28,621 nt of DNA, from positions 1 through 28,621 of the forward strand of contig CAIJTR010000138.1 in assembly GCA_903823665.1 (NCBI GenBank). Direction: 5' to 3'. The DNA is from an uncultured Rhodospirillales bacterium (GTDB lineage Bacteria > Pseudomonadota > Alphaproteobacteria > Acetobacterales > Acetobacteraceae). Below, piece by piece: positions 25,139 through 28,621 of the stretch. The stretch's first letter is position 1. Each line of letters opens with the position of its first letter. The translations under genes were made by a program, and so were the position numbers. The notes beneath the pieces were generated by a model. It was not told the DNA's origin, made no database searches, and was given only the letters and a program-made list of their open reading frames with translations.

Positions 25139-26572
25139 TTAGCTCCCCGACGCCATCGCCATGGCGGCCAGCGGTGGCTCCACGCCTTCGGGAATCGGGC
25201 AGACATAAGGCGTGCCTGCGGTGCGCTCAGCGAGGTCGGCTTTGGCGCGGGCGATGAGGGTGGGGTCTTCGATGGCGGCAACCGCGGTGGCGGCCATCAC
25301 CTTGGCCACGTGGATCATGCCTTTGTGTGCGATTGGGGATTTTCCCTGCGCCGTCAGCTGCCAGGAATGGCCAGGCGTGCCGATGGCGTATGTGGCGGCG
25401 TGGGCCTGCACGGTGGGGACGACCCAGCTGACATCGCCCACATCGGTGGAGCCGATCATTGGCACGCCGGTGACGTGGCGGGGCTTCACGTGATCATGGA
25501 TCATCATGCCCTGCTTGGCCTTCACACCGCTGCGCTTGAAGGCGTTGGCGATGTCTCCGGCAGACAGCGTGGCCTGAATCTGGCGGGCGAAATCACGGTC
25601 CTGCTCGTCATATTCAGGCGTGCCGAGGCGGTCGAACACTTCCTGCATGGCCTGCTCCAGCGGCTCGTTGGCGAGCAGGTTGGAGACGGCTGAGAGCACC
25701 TCGATCTCCACTTTGGTGTCGGTCATCAGGGCTGCCCCACGGGCGCAGTTCTTCACGCGCTCCAGCAATTCGAGCATTTGTGGCAGGTCGATGGCGCGAA
25801 CCGAGTAGCGCACGCGGGCACGGGCCTGCACCACGTTGGGTGCGATGCCGCCGCTGTCGATCATAGCGTAATGAATGCGCGCGTCTGACGGCATATGCTC
25901 ACGCATGTAGTTCACGCTGACATTCATCAACTCCACCGCATCGAGTGCGGAACGGCCCAAGTGAGGGCTGGCTGCGGCGTGTGAGGCGCGGCCATGGAAC
26001 GTGAAGTCGATCCGGGTGTTGGCGAGCGAGAGGGCGTCGGCCACCTCGAAGAAGGCGTTGGGGTGCCAGGTGATGGCGATGTCGACATCGTCAAATGCAC
26101 CGGCACGGACCATGAACGCCTTGGCGGCACCGCCCTCCTCGGCTGGGCAGCCGTAATAACGTACACGGCCTTTGATGCCGTTCTCGGCCATCCAGTCTTT
26201 CACCGCGGTGGCGGCGAGCAGGGCTGCTGAGCCGAGCAAATTATGGCCGCAGCCATGGCCGTTGCTCTGGCCAGGCATAGGACGGTATTCGGCCACGCCC
26301 GCTTCCTGGCTGAGGCCTGGGAGTGCGTCATATTCGCCAAGAATCGCTATCACTGGACCGTCTTCCCCAGCTTCACCCATAAGGGCAGTTGGAATGCCGG
26401 CCACATTCTCTGTCACCCTGAAGCCTTGGCGCTGCATCTCGGCCAAATGCTCGGCGCACGAGCGAACCTCAGTGTAACAGGTCTCCGGCATGCCCCAGAC
26501 GGTGTCTGCGAGTTGAATGAAAGGCTCGCGCTTGGCTTCAACGTGGGTCCAGATTTTTTCGCTGTTCTGCAT
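25139..26572 (-). CDS. M20-family amidohydrolase (aminobenzoyl-glutamate utilisation protein B / hippurate hydrolase-like)
   Basis: Start MQNSEKIWTHVEA at residue 19, with AGGA upstream. Metal-binding motifs are present: GHGCGHNLLG, YYGCPAEEGGAAKAFM, and the di-zinc M20 dimerisation region. It lies 4 nt upstream of the AKR gene on the same strand. Confidence 0.85.
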   Translation of the reverse strand: MQNSEKIWTHVEAKREPFIQLADTVWGMPETCYTEVRSCAEHLAEMQRQGFRVTENVAGIPTALMGEAGEDGPVIAILGEYDALPGLSQEAGVAEYRPMPGQSNGHGCGHNLLGSAALLAATAVKDWMAENGIKGRVRYYGCPAEEGGAAKAFMVRAGAFDDVDIAITWHPNAFFEVADALSLANTRIDFTFHGRASHAAASPHLGRSALDAVELMNVSVNYMREHMPSDARIHYAMIDSGGIAPNVVQARARVRYSVRAIDLPQMLELLERVKNCARGAALMTDTKVEIEVLSAVSNLLANEPLEQAMQEVFDRLGTPEYDEQDRDFARQIQATLSAGDIANAFKRSGVKAKQGMMIHDHVKPRHVTGVPMIGSTDVGDVSWVVPTVQAHAATYAIGTPGHSWQLTAQGKSPIAHKGMIHVAKVMAATAVAAIEDPTLIARAKADLAERTAGTPYVCPIPEGVEPPLAAMAMASGS

Positions 26573-26699
26573 CGGGGTGTCCTGTGCGGGGCAATGGGCG
26601 GGAAAGAGAATGGCACGGTATCCCACCTTGCCCTCTTAGACTACGCCGGTCGAAAGCATTGGGCCAGACGAGGCAATACCTACTGGAACGGAACAATCT

Positions 26700-26860
26700 C
26701 AAAAGATTGTTGTCGTCATTGTGAGACTTAAATGTTTATTATACTTACAAAATTCTTAAAAACATTGTTAAATTAAGAGATACTAAAAGAAAAGATTGGT
26801 AAAGTTTTGTGTGATTCGCTTGCTTTTGAGCAATCATATTAATAGTAATTTCGATGATCG
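26700..26860. promoter_or_regulatory. extremely AT-rich island (about 25-30% GC) in the divergent intergenic region between the M20 operon and the adhesin gene; contains short inverted repeats
   Basis: TTAAATGTTTATTATACTTACAAAATTCTTAAAAACATTGTTAAATTAAGAGATACTAAAAGAAAAGATTGG... Inverted repeats ACAATC-tcaaaa-GATTGT and AAATGTTT...AAACATT. In a genome this GC-rich it is a curved, nucleoid-protein-binding-type promoter region. Confidence 0.5.
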
Positions 26861-26929
26861 ACCGGGGTCAGGTGTGGATTTTCCCACAGGGCTTGTCGGT
26901 GGCTCGATTTGTCTTTGAAGGCGCATAAA

Positions 26930-28621
26930 ATGGCGACGTCCGGGTCCGTTCTTCCGAAGCTCAACATTTCGATGTCCCAGGTTGGGTCTTCGAGCCAGTC
27001 CATCGGACCGGGCTCAGTGATCACCTACGCCATCACGATCGATCCAGCGGCGGCCGCCACGGCAGGTGCCAGCGCGGCGGATTTGATGGTCAACCTTGGA
27101 GCGGGGCTCACCCTCGTCTCAGGCTCGGTATCAACCACCGATCCCAATGCGCTCGGTGAAACGGTTACGCCCACGGCGTCTGGAACCGGTTTCTCACTGT
27201 CGTTTGCCAGCACTATCGCGGTATCTGCCAAGCCGATCGTCGTGACCTATCAGGCAACAGTTGCGAGCACTGCCACCAACGGGCAGGTGCTGACGCCGAC
27301 GGCTGACATTACGTATCAAAACGCGAGCCCAGACACGATCGTCTACGGCACAAGCAACGTGCTGAATAGCGCTGGTAAGGGCTTCCTATATCAGGACGAC
27401 ATCACCACCGGCGTGGTGACGCAGTTCGGAACGTTGGCCAACCAGCAGGACAGCGTCGTCTTCGATGGCAAGGGTGATCTGATTTACACCGGCCAATCCG
27501 ACGGCAAGGGAGCGTATGGCCTCTCGGAATACAATATCAACACCGGCGTCAACACGATCCTGGCATCCGGGCTTGGACAGGACGATCTTGCGATCAGCGC
27601 TGACGATACGCAGGTCTATTTTAACTCTACTTACAACGGCCATCAGAGCCTTTTCGATTACAATCTCAGCACTAACACCAACCGGTTGGTTGTGCAAAAC
27701 ACAGGAAGCAGCGGGTTTGCAGGCCTCGCTGTCGATAGTGCCAATGGGCAGTTGTTTGCCAATTATGGTGTGAACGCGACACCTTACAACACGCAAGGTA
27801 GCGGGGAAGTTGTTCAGGTTGACACAAACACTGGCGCAATACTGCGCAGTTCTGCCAATATTGGTCCCGTCGATGGCCTGGCCTATGACAGCTATTCAGG
27901 AAATCTGTTTGCGTCGGTGCTCAATGGGGGCAGCCAAAATCTCATTGAAATCAACCCGACCACGCTGCAGGTCGTTAAAACGTTCAATGTTGACAACGGT
28001 GCCGCACTCGATGGGATTTCGTCGGATAGCAAGGGCAACCTGTTCATCTCAGCTTATCACAGCCAGATCGTTGACCTGAACCTGATCAGCAACACGCAGA
28101 CGCTCGATGGTTTGACGCCGTCAATTGACGACACCATTCCGGTGACCCCCGCCTCCACCATCTTCAACAGCACGGCCAGCGCAAGCGCGACGGTGGTGCA
28201 GGTTGGCACCATCTCAGGCGTTGAGTTTGTCGATCAGAATGCCGACGGCAGTCAGCAGGCAGGCGATGCCGGTTTGTCTGGCCAAACCGTTGAACTGCTT
28301 TCGGGTGGGGCTGTAGTATCCACCACCACCACGGGATCGGATGGTTCCTACAGCTTCGGCAATGTGGCTTACGGCAGCTATAACGTACAATTCGCAGCTC
28401 CGACTGGTGATCATTATTCGTCCACTGGCACCAGCACATCGCTGCCTAACAGCGCCGTCAACGGCAACGGCACCAGTTCTGCGATCACACTGGCAAGCAC
28501 CGCTGTCACTGGCGTCGATGCTGGTGTGTATGCGCCTTCGACGATCTCTGGCACGGTGTTCAACGACCTGAACGCGGATGGCACACAGCAGAGTGGCGAT
28601 GCCGGACTTGCTGGCCAGACC
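26930..28621 (+). CDS. 5' part (564 codons, continues past the window end) of a large repeat-rich surface adhesin-like protein: DUF11-like N-terminal domain, beta-propeller (NHL/YVTN-like) repeats, then SdrD-B/Cna-B-like repeats
   Basis: My own translation of the frame starting at ATG 26930 (GAAGG about 9 nt upstream; in-frame TGA at 26855) is open to position 28621. It reads MATSGSVLPKLNISMSQVGSSSQSIGPGSVITYAITIDP...QVLTPTADITY (DUF11-like). It continues with ...GDLIYTGQSDGKG..., ...QLFANYG..., ...NLFASVLNGGSQNLIEIN..., ...GNLFISAYHSQIV (propeller blades). It ends with ISGVEFVDQNADGSQQAGDAGLSGQTVELLSGG...GSDGSYSF and ISGTVFNDLNADGTQQSGDAGLAGQT (SdrD-B-type repeats). It is absent from the ORF track only because it has no stop codon within the window. 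Confidence 0.75.
   Translation, partial: MATSGSVLPKLNISMSQVGSSSQSIGPGSVITYAITIDPAAAATAGASAADLMVNLGAGLTLVSGSVSTTDPNALGETVTPTASGTGFSLSFASTIAVSAKPIVVTYQATVASTATNGQVLTPTADITYQNASPDTIVYGTSNVLNSAGKGFLYQDDITTGVVTQFGTLANQQDSVVFDGKGDLIYTGQSDGKGAYGLSEYNINTGVNTILASGLGQDDLAISADDTQVYFNSTYNGHQSLFDYNLSTNTNRLVVQNTGSSGFAGLAVDSANGQLFANYGVNATPYNTQGSGEVVQVDTNTGAILRSSANIGPVDGLAYDSYSGNLFASVLNGGSQNLIEINPTTLQVVKTFNVDNGAALDGISSDSKGNLFISAYHSQIVDLNLISNTQTLDGLTPSIDDTIPVTPASTIFNSTASASATVVQVGTISGVEFVDQNADGSQQAGDAGLSGQTVELLSGGAVVSTTTTGSDGSYSFGNVAYGSYNVQFAAPTGDHYSSTGTSTSLPNSAVNGNGTSSAITLASTAVTGVDAGVYAPSTISGTVFNDLNADGTQQSGDAGLAGQT

Noticed and set aside
26839-27796. Minus-strand ORFs 26839..27024, 27025..27231 and 27386..27796 in the ORF track
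   Set aside because: They are antisense to the long plus-strand adhesin frame, which has coherent domain and repeat content and a proper start signal.
1-28621. Search for CRISPR arrays, tRNA/rRNA genes, transposases or integrases and prophage genes
   Set aside because: There are no short direct-repeat and spacer arrays. No intergenic region is long enough, or has the cloverleaf-like acceptor and T-arm complementarity, for a tRNA. No DDE, serine or tyrosine recombinase motifs were seen in any frame. The only HGT-like signals are compositional: the low-GC island at 18880..19513 and the AT-rich island with the adhesin.

Overview
This 28.6 kb window is GC-rich (roughly 63-66% outside two short AT-rich islands), tightly packed chromosomal DNA from a Gram-negative bacterium. 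The lpxB gene, Liv-type ABC transporter and overall gene style suggest a proteobacterium, probably an alphaproteobacterium, but the sequence alone does not fix the taxon. I found no rRNA, tRNA, CRISPR array, transposase or integrase.

Gene content, in order:
- The 3' end of an Old-Yellow-Enzyme-like oxidoreductase.
- Two tandem paralogous small membrane proteins.
- A membrane-anchored protein, followed by a GntR-family regulator and an SPFH (stomatin/prohibitin/flotillin/HflK-C, also called band-7) protein.
- A convergent, degenerate GGDEF-EAL c-di-GMP phosphodiesterase.
- A secreted cupin gene with a long palindrome on each side, and a small secreted protein.
- A roughly 14 kb run of genes on one strand, mostly linked by 4-nt ATGA overlaps, spanning 20350 down to 6240. 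It encodes a xanthine-dehydrogenase-family molybdoenzyme (separate FAD subunit; fused Fe-S and Moco subunit), a protein of the family PGAP labels 6-hydroxynicotinate reductase, a UPF0280-family protein, an 'amino acid synthesis' (PF06684) protein, a complete Liv-type ABC importer (binding protein, fused LivH/LivM permease, LivG, LivF), a GNAT acetyltransferase, a C-N hydrolase and lpxB. This looks like an uncharacterised hydroxylation-then-reduction catabolic module. The PF06684, UPF0280 and 6-hydroxynicotinate-reductase family names and their co-occurrence come from my recollection of PGAP/Pfam annotations, not from any search.
- A roughly 600 bp low-GC island carrying an ORFan four-TM membrane protein, inserted between the FAD subunit and the Moco subunit.
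- Then a TPR protein, a hypothetical protein, a YihY/BrkB membrane protein, a small ORF, an aldo/keto reductase plus M20 amidohydrolase operon, an extremely AT-rich roughly 150 bp island, and the 5' part (564 codons, running off the window) of a large repeat-rich adhesin-like gene that the ORF track misses.

The most novel-looking items are the uncharacterised catabolic cluster, the low-GC ORFan insertion, the perfect 61-nt hairpin and the adhesin with its AT-rich upstream island.
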